Below are positions 28,767 through 37,040 of a stretch of 64,000 nucleotides of DNA, in pieces. The stretch is taken from assembly GCA_022340425.1 (NCBI GenBank), contig JAJDNY010000161.1, positions 14,451-78,450 of the forward strand. The letters are read 5' to 3'. The position numbers were made by a program, and so were the translations under genes. Origin of the DNA: Desulfobacteraceae bacterium. GTDB taxonomy: Bacteria > Desulfobacterota > Desulfobacteria > Desulfobacterales > JAABRJ01. The first letter of the stretch is position 1; the number at the start of each line of letters is the position of its first letter. The notes below the pieces were generated by a model. The model did not search any database. It saw only the letters and a list, made by a program, of their open reading frames with translations, and was not told the origin of the DNA.

Positions 28767-29309
28767 ATGAAAACTTTCCAGAAAAAGGGCTTTATCTCAA
28801 GTCTCAGTCTTATGATTTTTTTGGCAGGGGGGTGTTTGCCGACGATGGTTTCCATCAGTACCCCTGAAATTCGGAACGTCGAAAATGATTACTTCAGCGC
28901 TCAATTGGAGCCGCTTTCCCAAGGTAAAAACTATTTTGACCGTTTTCGGCTCGCGGTCACCAACAAGACTTCCCAAGATCTGGAAATCGATTGGAATCAA
29001 ACCCGTTATCTCTACCATGGACGCGATGGCGGTGTTTTCGTGTTTGAGGGAATAGCAGCCGAAGACATTAAAAACGAAACCATCCCGCCGGGCATCATTC
29101 CTGTGGGGCAGACCTTTACAAAGGAGATCGGCCCACTGGAGCTCGTGGCCCGGGGGCCCCTCGGCGGAAAGGGGGCTGATTCCGGGAAAATTACATTCGG
29201 TATCATTCCAAGCGGAGAAAACGGGATACTGTTGGTTATCAGGCAAAACGGCAAGACGCTCGAAGAGAAAATAATGGTTAAAATTTCGCAAAGGGAAGTC
29301 CCCAAGTAA
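28767..29309 (+). CDS. Hypothetical lipoprotein (visibly AT-richer gene)
   Basis: ORF trimmed to ATG 28767 (AAGGTGG RBS). Lipobox 'LAGGC'. 180 aa, no family recognised. Composition differs from its neighbours. Confidence 0.6.
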   Translation: MKTFQKKGFISSLSLMIFLAGGCLPTMVSISTPEIRNVENDYFSAQLEPLSQGKNYFDRFRLAVTNKTSQDLEIDWNQTRYLYHGRDGGVFVFEGIAAEDIKNETIPPGIIPVGQTFTKEIGPLELVARGPLGGKGADSGKITFGIIPSGENGILLVIRQNGKTLEEKIMVKISQREVPK

Positions 29310-29669
29310 AGATCCAAACCCATCGAAAAGCCGCCCACCCATACAAAACCAGACGGTCTTTTTTGGAATTAAGAGATCGCTCTTCCACCTGTCGCAGATC
29401 TCCAAATAACGCCATCAAAAGCATTTTACCCCGCCGTGGGGTGTTTGTCAGAAAGATACTCTGGCGGGAATCCCGGGGATAGGCCTGGCTTTACATCTCC
29501 CGGTTTTCTTTGTTCATTTTCTTGTGCGGACAAGAAAACGAACCAAAAGAAGCCGCCCGCGTCCCGGGCCCCTTCGGGCTGCCCTGCGCTTCTGGCAGCC
29601 GGCGGGCCCTGTGGAAGTCGCTGGCGCTCAGAAAGCCGGTTGCGGGGGGATTGGTTTTTGCCGCCGCCT

Positions 29670-31088
29670 CTACATCAGCCCCCTGGCGGCCGCATCGGCC
29701 CAGGTGATCAGCGGGGTGGGGTAAATGCCGGCCAGGACGGTCAGGGCCACCAGGAAATAGGCCAGGCCGCGGGTGAGGGGCGGCGCCAATAGTGCCGGCT
29801 GGGGGCCCTGGGGTTCCGTCAGGTAGGCCGCCCGCACCACCATCAGGTAGAAGTAGAGGGAGATGACGACGTTGATCATGGCGATCAGCACCAGGCTGAC
29901 ATGCCCCTGGGCGATGGCGGCCTTGAAGACCAGAAACTTGCCGGTGAAGCCGATGGTGGGGGGGATCCCCGCCAGGCTGAAGACCGCCATCATCAGGGCC
30001 AGGGCCAGGATCGGGGAGCGCCGGTGCAGTCCGGCCAGACCGGCGATCTCCATGTTGCGGCCGCCGCCGGCGGCCGCGACCAGCACCAGAAAGCAGGTGA
30101 CCTTCATCACCAATAGCGCCAGGGCGTAGAAGATCGCGCCGCCGTAGCCGGCGGGGCTCATGCTGAGAATGCCGATCAGGACGTAGCCGGCCTGGGCAAT
30201 GCTGGAATAGGCCATCAGGCGCTTGAAGTCCTTCTGGACGAGGGCGCTCAAGTTGCCCACGGTCATAGAGACGATCGCCAGGGCCACCAGGGCATCGGTC
30301 AGGAAGCTGCCGGCACCGCCGGTGAGGGCCGCCACGCGGATCAGGACGGCCACCGCGGCCACCTTGGAAACCGTTGCGATGTAGGCCGCCGCCTGGTGGG
30401 GGGCGCCCTGGTAGACATCCGGGGCCCAGAAGTGAAAGGGGAAAACGGCCAGTTTGAAGAAAAACCCGGCCAGGGCCAGCAGCACGCCGATGGCCACCAT
30501 CGGCTGGTGCAGCATCCCGGGCAGGGCGGTCATCAGATCCGCCAGGTAGGCGGACTGGGCGGCGCCGTAGAGCAGCGCCAGGCCGAAGATCATCACCGCC
30601 GAGGCTGCCGCGCCGATCAGAAAATAGGTCAGGCCGGCGCGGACCCCCTGGCGCAGGTCGACCCGCAGGTAGACCAGGACGTAAAGCGAGTAGCTGGAGA
30701 GTTCCAGAGCCACGTAAAGCGGCAGCAAATGCACGCAGCTCACCAAGAGCATCAGGGCCAGGGTGCTGGCTGTCAGCAACAGGTAAAACTCGGGGTGGTG
30801 GCGCTCGGCGACGCCGGTCAGGTCGTTGCAGATGCAGACAATCAGGAAAAAGCCCATGGCCAGCAGGGTCTTGAAGGTCTGGGAGAAGAGGTCCACGCGG
30901 TAGGCGCCCAAAAACAGGTCCCCCCGCAGGGGTACGTACGCCAAGCAGATTCCTAGTCCAACGGCCCCCAGGACGACCGCCGTGAGGTAGTCCCGTTCGG
31001 GGTCGGGGCGCCCGCTCATGGAAATGCCCAGAAACACCAGGGCGGCGGTCAGGAAGAAGAGTTCGGGGCTCAAAAGGGTCCAGTTCAT
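29670..31088 (-). CDS. nuoN: NADH-quinone oxidoreductase subunit N
   Basis: 472 aa, polytopic antiporter-like subunit. ATGA overlap with the nuoM stop. Last gene of the nuo operon. Confidence 0.92.
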   Translation of the reverse strand: MNWTLLSPELFFLTAALVFLGISMSGRPDPERDYLTAVVLGAVGLGICLAYVPLRGDLFLGAYRVDLFSQTFKTLLAMGFFLIVCICNDLTGVAERHHPEFYLLLTASTLALMLLVSCVHLLPLYVALELSSYSLYVLVYLRVDLRQGVRAGLTYFLIGAAASAVMIFGLALLYGAAQSAYLADLMTALPGMLHQPMVAIGVLLALAGFFFKLAVFPFHFWAPDVYQGAPHQAAAYIATVSKVAAVAVLIRVAALTGGAGSFLTDALVALAIVSMTVGNLSALVQKDFKRLMAYSSIAQAGYVLIGILSMSPAGYGGAIFYALALLVMKVTCFLVLVAAAGGGRNMEIAGLAGLHRRSPILALALMMAVFSLAGIPPTIGFTGKFLVFKAAIAQGHVSLVLIAMINVVISLYFYLMVVRAAYLTEPQGPQPALLAPPLTRGLAYFLVALTVLAGIYPTPLITWADAAARGLM

Positions 31089-32569
31089 CAGGGCAATCCG
31101 TTGAAAAACGCGACCGTCGCGGTTTGGATCATGTTGACCATGAACGCCGGTAAAAGGCCGAAAAACACGATCACCGACACCAGGATGACCCGTGGTACGC
31201 CCAGCAGCGGCGGGATGTCCGGCAGGTGCGTCAGGCGCTGGTTGGGCGGGCCGTAGCAGGTCCGCTGGACCACCCGCAGGATGAAGAGCGCGCTGACCAC
31301 CAGCGCGCCCACCGCCAGGCTGCCGTAGAGGGGATAGACCCGGAAGGCGGCGATAAAGACCATCAGCTCCGCCCAGAAGCTGGCCAGGCAGGGAACCCCG
31401 ATGCCGGTCAGGGCGGCCACGATGAAAAACGCGGCCGCCACCGGCATGGTTCGGCTGAGGCCCCCCAGTTCGGCCACGGCCTTGGTGTGGGTGCGGTCGT
31501 AAATGTAGCCCACCGCCGAGAAGAAAAGGGCCGTCATGACGCCGTGGGCAAACATCTGAAAGACCGCCCCGTTCAGCCCGTCCACCGTCACGGTGGCCAG
31601 CCCCAGGCCGACGATGCCCATGTGGGAGACGCTGGAGTAGCCGATGACGTATTTGAGGTCGGTCTGGCGCAGGCCCACCAGGGCGCCGTAGACGATGCCG
31701 ATGGTTGCCAGGAGAGCCATCAGCGGCGCCCAGTGCTGCCAGCCGGCGGGGCAGAGGAAGATGCCCACCCGCAGGACGCCGAAGGCCCCGATTTTCATCA
31801 GCACCCCGGCGTGGATCATGCTGACCCCGGTGGGGGCCGCCACGTGGCCCACCGGCGACCAGGTGTGAAACGGCCAGACCCCGGCCAGGATGCCGAACCC
31901 CAGGTAGAGCAGCAGGAAGGCGAATTTCTCCTGGTAGGGGGTGAAGGTCCCGGGCTGCATGAGCGCCGTGAGGTCAAAGGTGGAAAGGCCGGCCTGGACC
32001 ACCAGGTAGAGGATCGCCGGCAGGATCAGGGCGCTGCCGGCCAGGAGGTAGAGGGTCAGCTTCATGGCCCCGTATTCTTTGCGGGTGCTGCCCCAGACGG
32101 CGATCAAAAGGTACATGGGAAAGAGCGACACGTCGTACCAGACGAAGATGAAAAAGAGATCCAGGCTCATGAAGAGGCCGAAAACGCCGGTCACCAGCAG
32201 GAAGGTCAGGGCGAAGAACTCCTTGACGCGCGTCTCCAGCTCCCACATGGTGAGAACCGCGGTGAAAAAGACGATGCCGGTCAAAAGCAGCATGGGCAGG
32301 TTGAAGCCGTCGGCGGCGTTGAACCAGGTGATTCCAAGGGAGGGCACCCAGGGGAATTTCTCGACGAACTGCAGCCCGCCGGCGGACTGGTCGTAGGCGA
32401 TGAACAGGCCGGCCGATAGCACCAGGCAGAGCCCCGAGAAGACGGCGCTGATCCACTTGATCCGCCGGGTTTGGGCGGCGGGGGTGCAGAGGATTGCCAG
32501 CAGCCCCCCGATGCAGCACAGCAGCAGCAGGCTCAGGAAAGGGAAGCGGGCGTATGCCATGGGCGCCAT
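31088..32569 (-). CDS. nuoM: NADH-quinone oxidoreductase subunit M
   Basis: 493 aa antiporter-like subunit ('HTWSPVGHVAAPTGVSMIHAGVLMK'). GAGGTG RBS. Confidence 0.92.
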   Translation of the reverse strand: MAPMAYARFPFLSLLLLCCIGGLLAILCTPAAQTRRIKWISAVFSGLCLVLSAGLFIAYDQSAGGLQFVEKFPWVPSLGITWFNAADGFNLPMLLLTGIVFFTAVLTMWELETRVKEFFALTFLLVTGVFGLFMSLDLFFIFVWYDVSLFPMYLLIAVWGSTRKEYGAMKLTLYLLAGSALILPAILYLVVQAGLSTFDLTALMQPGTFTPYQEKFAFLLLYLGFGILAGVWPFHTWSPVGHVAAPTGVSMIHAGVLMKIGAFGVLRVGIFLCPAGWQHWAPLMALLATIGIVYGALVGLRQTDLKYVIGYSSVSHMGIVGLGLATVTVDGLNGAVFQMFAHGVMTALFFSAVGYIYDRTHTKAVAELGGLSRTMPVAAAFFIVAALTGIGVPCLASFWAELMVFIAAFRVYPLYGSLAVGALVVSALFILRVVQRTCYGPPNQRLTHLPDIPPLLGVPRVILVSVIVFFGLLPAFMVNMIQTATVAFFNGLP

Positions 32570-32581
32570 CGTGCGGTCACC

Positions 32582-34495
32582 TCAAAGAAAGAAATAAAAG
32601 GCCAGCAGGGCCATGGTGACGAAGATCACCATCAGGCGGTACTGAATCATGCCGCTGTGGGCGCGTTCCAGCAGGCCGCCGGCCCGGGCCGCAGCCCGCG
32701 CCAGGCCGTCGATGCCGTCGTCGATCACCCGCCGGTCGTTCCAGGTGCAGAAGCCGGACAGCACCCGATATAGTACGCGGTCCAGCAGCTGACGGTAGAA
32801 GCGGTCCAGAAACCACCGCTGGCTGAAGAGAAGATAAAGCGGCGGGATCTTTTCCACGAAGCCCACCTGGCGGGAGCGCGGCAGTCCGAATTCCAGCCCG
32901 GCCAGCAGGAGGCCGGCCAGCGTCAGTCCGACGGCCCAGAAGAGCAGGGCCCGGCCGTGCCCCGCAGGGTCCGGCGTCAGGACCGGGGAGCCGCCGAGAA
33001 AGGCGGCCAGCGGCGTTTGCGCAAGGCCCAGCAGCACCGTGATCGCGGCCAGGGCCACCAGCGGCAGCGTCATCGCCCGCTTTCGGCGCGGGTCGTCGTG
33101 ATCGCCGGACGGATGCGCTCCTGGCGCCGCCTCGGCCTCGGCCGGGGCGGGGGCTTTTGTTGACGGAAAGAGGATGATAAAGATCAGCCGAAAGCTGTAG
33201 TAGGCCGTCAGAAAGACCCCCAGCATGCCGGCCGCCAGCCACACCGCGGTGGGGCGCGCGGCGAGCGCGGCCAGGATCAGCTCCTTGCTGAAAAAGCCGG
33301 AAAGCGGCGGCAGCCCGGAAAGCGCTGCGGCCCCGATGATCATGCAGACCATGGCGGTCTTTGATCGGCGGCCGCCGGCGTGCGCGATGGTGAAGAGGTC
33401 GTTGCTGCCGCAGCGGTGGATCAGGACCCCGGCGCAGAGAAAGAGCAGGGCCTTGAAGCCCGCGTGGGTCACGAGGTGAAACACGCCGGCGAAGTAGCCG
33501 CCGGCGGCCAGGCCCATGATCATCAAACCCAGCTGGCTGATGGTGGAGTAGGCAAAGACCTGCTTGATGTCCCGGCTGACCATGGCCATTGTGGCGGCCA
33601 TCAGCATGCTCAGGGTGCCCACGGTCAGACAGACCGTCATGGCCACCGGCGAGAGGCTGAAGAAGGGGAACAGGCGCGCGAAGAGAAACACCCCGGCGGC
33701 CACCATGGTGGCCGAGTGCAGCAGTGCGCTGACCGGGGTGGGGCCCTCCATGGCGTCCGGCAGCCAGGTGAGCAGCGGGAACTGGGCGCTTTTGCCGATC
33801 ACGCCGCCGAAGATCAGCAGGCTGGAGAGGGTGGTCAGCTCCGGCGAAAGGCGCGCGGCGGTCTCGGGCGCGTTGAGCGCCAGGATGTCCAGATCCCCCA
33901 GCTGGGTCAGGATCACCAACAGCCCCAGCAGAAAGGCGACGTCCCCTAACCGGGTCATCACGAAGGCTTTTTTGCCCGCCTCACTGGCGCTCCATTTGTC
34001 GAACCAGAACCCGATCAGGAGATAGGAGGCCAACCCCACCAGCTCCCAGAAGACATAGAGCTGGAAGAGGGAGGGTGCCAGGGTCATGCTGGTCATGGCC
34101 CAGGCGAAAAGCGACATGAAGGCGTAATAGCGGGCAAACCCCGGGTCCCCGGCCATGTAGCCCAGTGAATAGACCTGGACCAGCAGACAGATGGATGCCA
34201 CCACGGTGAGCATCAGCAAGCTCAGGGGATCGATCAGCAAGCCGAACGGCACCATGATCTCACCGGCCACCAGCCAGCGGCCGCTGAACTGCAGGGGCGT
34301 CGGCGCACCCCAATGGCGGACCAGCAGAAAGAGCGTCCCCAGCAGGCAGATGCCGACGGCCCCCAGCGACAGGCCGGCGGAGAGCCGCGGGCGCCTGCGG
34401 GTGGCCACCAGGATCGTCGCAAAAGCCGCCAGGGGCGCCAGCACCGCCATCAAGGCGGCCGCCACGGTCGGGTTGAGGGTCAGCGGGTGGGTCAT
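32582..34495 (-). CDS. nuoL: NADH-quinone oxidoreductase subunit L
   Basis: ORF 32582..34549 trimmed to ATG 34495 (MTHPLTLNP...). 'WLPDAMEGPTPVSALLHSATMV' is the NuoL/ND5 motif. Confidence 0.92.
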   Translation of the reverse strand: MTHPLTLNPTVAAALMAVLAPLAAFATILVATRRRPRLSAGLSLGAVGICLLGTLFLLVRHWGAPTPLQFSGRWLVAGEIMVPFGLLIDPLSLLMLTVVASICLLVQVYSLGYMAGDPGFARYYAFMSLFAWAMTSMTLAPSLFQLYVFWELVGLASYLLIGFWFDKWSASEAGKKAFVMTRLGDVAFLLGLLVILTQLGDLDILALNAPETAARLSPELTTLSSLLIFGGVIGKSAQFPLLTWLPDAMEGPTPVSALLHSATMVAAGVFLFARLFPFFSLSPVAMTVCLTVGTLSMLMAATMAMVSRDIKQVFAYSTISQLGLMIMGLAAGGYFAGVFHLVTHAGFKALLFLCAGVLIHRCGSNDLFTIAHAGGRRSKTAMVCMIIGAAALSGLPPLSGFFSKELILAALAARPTAVWLAAGMLGVFLTAYYSFRLIFIILFPSTKAPAPAEAEAAPGAHPSGDHDDPRRKRAMTLPLVALAAITVLLGLAQTPLAAFLGGSPVLTPDPAGHGRALLFWAVGLTLAGLLLAGLEFGLPRSRQVGFVEKIPPLYLLFSQRWFLDRFYRQLLDRVLYRVLSGFCTWNDRRVIDDGIDGLARAAARAGGLLERAHSGMIQYRLMVIFVTMALLAFYFFL

Positions 34496-34553
34496 GGTGT
34501 GCTCGCGGGTGCAATCCTTATGGGGTGCCGGCCGCTTGCGGCCTTGCACGGGT

Positions 34554-34847
34554 TCAGTCCAAGCGGTCGGGTGCGACCGTGCCGCTGCGACGGTAAATGC
34601 AGATGATCAGGGCCAGGCCGATGGAGACTTCGGCGGCCGCCACGGCCAGGATGAAAAGCGCGAACACCTGGCCTTCGATCGACTGCCATCGCAGGGCGGC
34701 GCCCACGAAGGCGATCGCCCCGGCGTTGAGCATGATTTCAAACCCCAGCAGGATCATCACCAGGTTGCGCCGTGCCACCGTGCAGCCGGCGCCCATTACA
34801 AACAGCAGGCCGGCCAGCAGAAAGACATGGCTGTATGGGGCGATCAT
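34554..34847 (-). CDS. nuoK: NADH-quinone oxidoreductase subunit K
   Basis: 97-aa tail of ORF 34554..35507 from ATG 34847 (GGAGGAG RBS). 'LLGFEIMLNA...AAAEVSIGLAL' is the NuoK motif. Confidence 0.9.
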   Translation of the reverse strand: MIAPYSHVFLLAGLLFVMGAGCTVARRNLVMILLGFEIMLNAGAIAFVGAALRWQSIEGQVFALFILAVAAAEVSIGLALIICIYRRSGTVAPDRLD

Positions 34848-35371
34848 GCCGGCTCCTCCGCCGCGGGGTTTTGGCGCCGGCCGCCGCGCCGGGCGATCAG
34901 CAGCGCGCCGATCAGGGCCACCAGCAGCAACAGGGAAACGATTTCGATGGCCAGCCAGTGCCGCTGGAAGAGGTGTTGGCCGAAGCGCGCCGGTGAAGCC
35001 ACGGCCGGCATCAGGGGCGATGAGGCGGCCGGGTCGTGGAGGACCATTAAAATGCCCACCGCCCCAAAGAGCAGCCCCATGCACCCGGCCGGCAGCCACT
35101 GCCGCCGGGGGTGAAACTTTTCCCGCAGCGCCTCCCCGCTCAGCATCATGATGATGAACAGAAAGAGCACCATGATGGCTCCGGCGTAGATGATCACCTC
35201 CAGCGCAGCAAGCAGCGGCGCCCCGAGAAGATAGAACAGCAGGGCGCTGCCGAAAAAGGACAGCACCAGGTAGACCACGGCGTGAACCAGGTTGCGCCGG
35301 GTGATGGCAAGCCCCGTGGCCCAGAGGATCAGGGCGGCCAGCAGATAAAACAGGATGGTCTGAAACGTCAT
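34844..35371 (-). CDS. nuoJ: NADH-quinone oxidoreductase subunit J
   Basis: 175-aa tail of ORF 34844..35776 from ATG 35371. 'NLVHAVVYLVLSFFGSALLFYLLGAPLLAALEVIIYAGAIMVLFLF' is the NuoJ/ND6 pattern. 4-nt overlap with nuoK. Confidence 0.9.
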   Translation of the reverse strand: MTFQTILFYLLAALILWATGLAITRRNLVHAVVYLVLSFFGSALLFYLLGAPLLAALEVIIYAGAIMVLFLFIIMMLSGEALREKFHPRRQWLPAGCMGLLFGAVGILMVLHDPAASSPLMPAVASPARFGQHLFQRHWLAIEIVSLLLLVALIGALLIARRGGRRQNPAAEEPA

Positions 35372-35427
35372 GGCATCGTCCTTGCCGACCGGTTTCCCAC
35401 CGGGCGGCGGATGGGAGGTGCGCGCCG

Positions 35428-36042
35428 TCACGGCAGGTTGCTGCGGACCCTGACCGGCGGGGCTTCCCGCTCGTGGGCGCCCTTGCCGCCGGCCGCGGTC
35501 GCAACACCCGCCCAGCGGTAGAAGTTGTAGGTCTTGTCCTTGCCGCAGCCGTCCACCAGGAGGTCCTCTTTTTCGAAGACCAGCTTGAGGATGTCGCGCT
35601 GGATGTTTTCGAAATCCGGCGTCAGCTGGATGGCCGCGGTCGGGCAGGCCTCCTCGCAGAGCCCGCAGTAGATGCAGCGCGCGAAGTTGATCCGGAACCA
35701 GGCGGCATAGCGGCGGCCGTCCGGCATTTCGGCCGCCTGCATGGAAATGCAGCTCACCGGGCAGACCCCCGAGCACAGGTAGCAGGCCACGCAGCGCTCC
35801 CCGCCGTCGGGGTCGTGGGTCAGGACAATCCGGGCGCGGGAGCGTTCGGGCAGCGCCCGCCGGTACTCGGGGTACTCCTCGGTAACCGGTTTGCGCCAGA
35901 GGTGCCGCAAGGTGGTGGCAAACCCCGCGCCCAGGGCCTTCAGGGCTTCGAGGGCCGAGGTCTCGCCCGGTTTTTGCGCTTTTACGTGCGGAGACTTTTC
36001 TTCATGATCGTTTGGGTCTTCCACTGGTTGCTCCCCTTGCAA
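35428..36042 (-). CDS. nuoI: NADH-quinone oxidoreductase subunit I (2x[4Fe-4S])
   Basis: '[12 protein letters not shown]' and '[12 protein letters not shown]' ferredoxin motifs. Start is TTG 36042 or GTG 36024 (uncertain). Confidence 0.9.
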   Translation of the reverse strand: MQGEQPVEDPNDHEEKSPHVKAQKPGETSALEALKALGAGFATTLRHLWRKPVTEEYPEYRRALPERSRARIVLTHDPDGGERCVACYLCSGVCPVSCISMQAAEMPDGRRYAAWFRINFARCIYCGLCEEACPTAAIQLTPDFENIQRDILKLVFEKEDLLVDGCGKDKTYNFYRWAGVATAAGGKGAHEREAPPVRVRSNLP

Positions 36043-36045
36043 GTC

Positions 36046-37032
36046 TCAAAGCAGCACGATCATCCCAGTCAGCAGGATGTTGACCAGGGCGGTCGGCACG
36101 AGCACCTTCCAGCCCAGGGCCATCAGCTGATCGTAGCGCAGGCGCGGCAGGGTGCCGCGGATCCAGATCAGCACCAGGCAGACCAGCATCATCTTCAGCA
36201 GCAGCCAGACCGGCCCGGGCAGTAGGGGGCCGTGCCAGCCGCCCAGAAAAAAGACCGCCACCAGCGCGCCCAGCACCTGCATGTGGACGTATTCGCCGAT
36301 GAAGAACAGCCCGAAGCGCATCCCGCTGTACTCCATGTGAAAGCCCGCACCCAGCTCGTTTTCGGCCTCGGGCAGGTCGAAGGGGATGCGCTTGATCTCG
36401 GCCACCGCGGCAATAAAAAAAATGGCGCAGGCGATCGGCTGGACCAGCACGAAGGGCACCCTGGACTGGGCCGCGACGATGTCCACCAGGCTGAAGGAGC
36501 CCGCCAGGATCACCACCGGCACCAGCGACAGCCCCAGCGCGAGTTCGTAGCTGATCATCTGGGCCGCCCCGCGGATGCCGCCCAGCAGGCTGAACTTGGA
36601 GTTGGCGGCCCACCCGCCCAGGGCCACCCCGTAAACCCCGAGGGATGAGAGGGCGAAGATGAACAGCAGCCCCACGTTGAGGTCCGCGATCACCATGGGC
36701 ACCTGCCGCCCCCAGAGGGTCAGCGGCGGGCCGAAGGGCACCACCGCGAACATCAGCAGCGCCGTCAGGGCGACCACCGCCGGGGCCAGCAGGAAGATCG
36801 TGCGGTCGGCCTCGGCCGGCACGGTGTCCTCCTTGGTTAGCAGCTTGACGGCGTCGGCCACGGGCTGCAGCAGACCGAACTTTCCGGCGCGGTTGGGCCC
36901 CCGGCGCACCTGCATGCGGGCCAGCAGCTTGCGCTCAACCCAGACGAGGTAGGCGGCCACCACCAGGACCACCGCCAGGATGACCCCGATCTTGGCGAGC
37001 AGCAGCACGATGCCGGCGATCCAGACGAACAT
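36046..37032 (-). CDS. nuoH: NADH-quinone oxidoreductase subunit H
   Basis: ORF 36046..37194 trimmed to ATG 37032. 'VERKLLARMQVRRGPNRAG' and 'PFDLPEAENELGAGFHMEYSG' are NuoH/ND1 motifs. Confidence 0.92.
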   Translation of the reverse strand: MFVWIAGIVLLLAKIGVILAVVLVVAAYLVWVERKLLARMQVRRGPNRAGKFGLLQPVADAVKLLTKEDTVPAEADRTIFLLAPAVVALTALLMFAVVPFGPPLTLWGRQVPMVIADLNVGLLFIFALSSLGVYGVALGGWAANSKFSLLGGIRGAAQMISYELALGLSLVPVVILAGSFSLVDIVAAQSRVPFVLVQPIACAIFFIAAVAEIKRIPFDLPEAENELGAGFHMEYSGMRFGLFFIGEYVHMQVLGALVAVFFLGGWHGPLLPGPVWLLLKMMLVCLVLIWIRGTLPRLRYDQLMALGWKVLVPTALVNILLTGMIVLL

Positions 37033-37040
37033 GGTTTCGG

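Noticed and set aside
29517-29538. 9-bp AT-rich hairpin TTTTCTTGT-GCGG-ACAAGAAAA as the nuo operon terminator.
   Set aside because: It lies about 130 nt beyond the nuoN stop and is not followed by a U-tract on the minus-strand transcript, so it cannot be supported as an intrinsic terminator.
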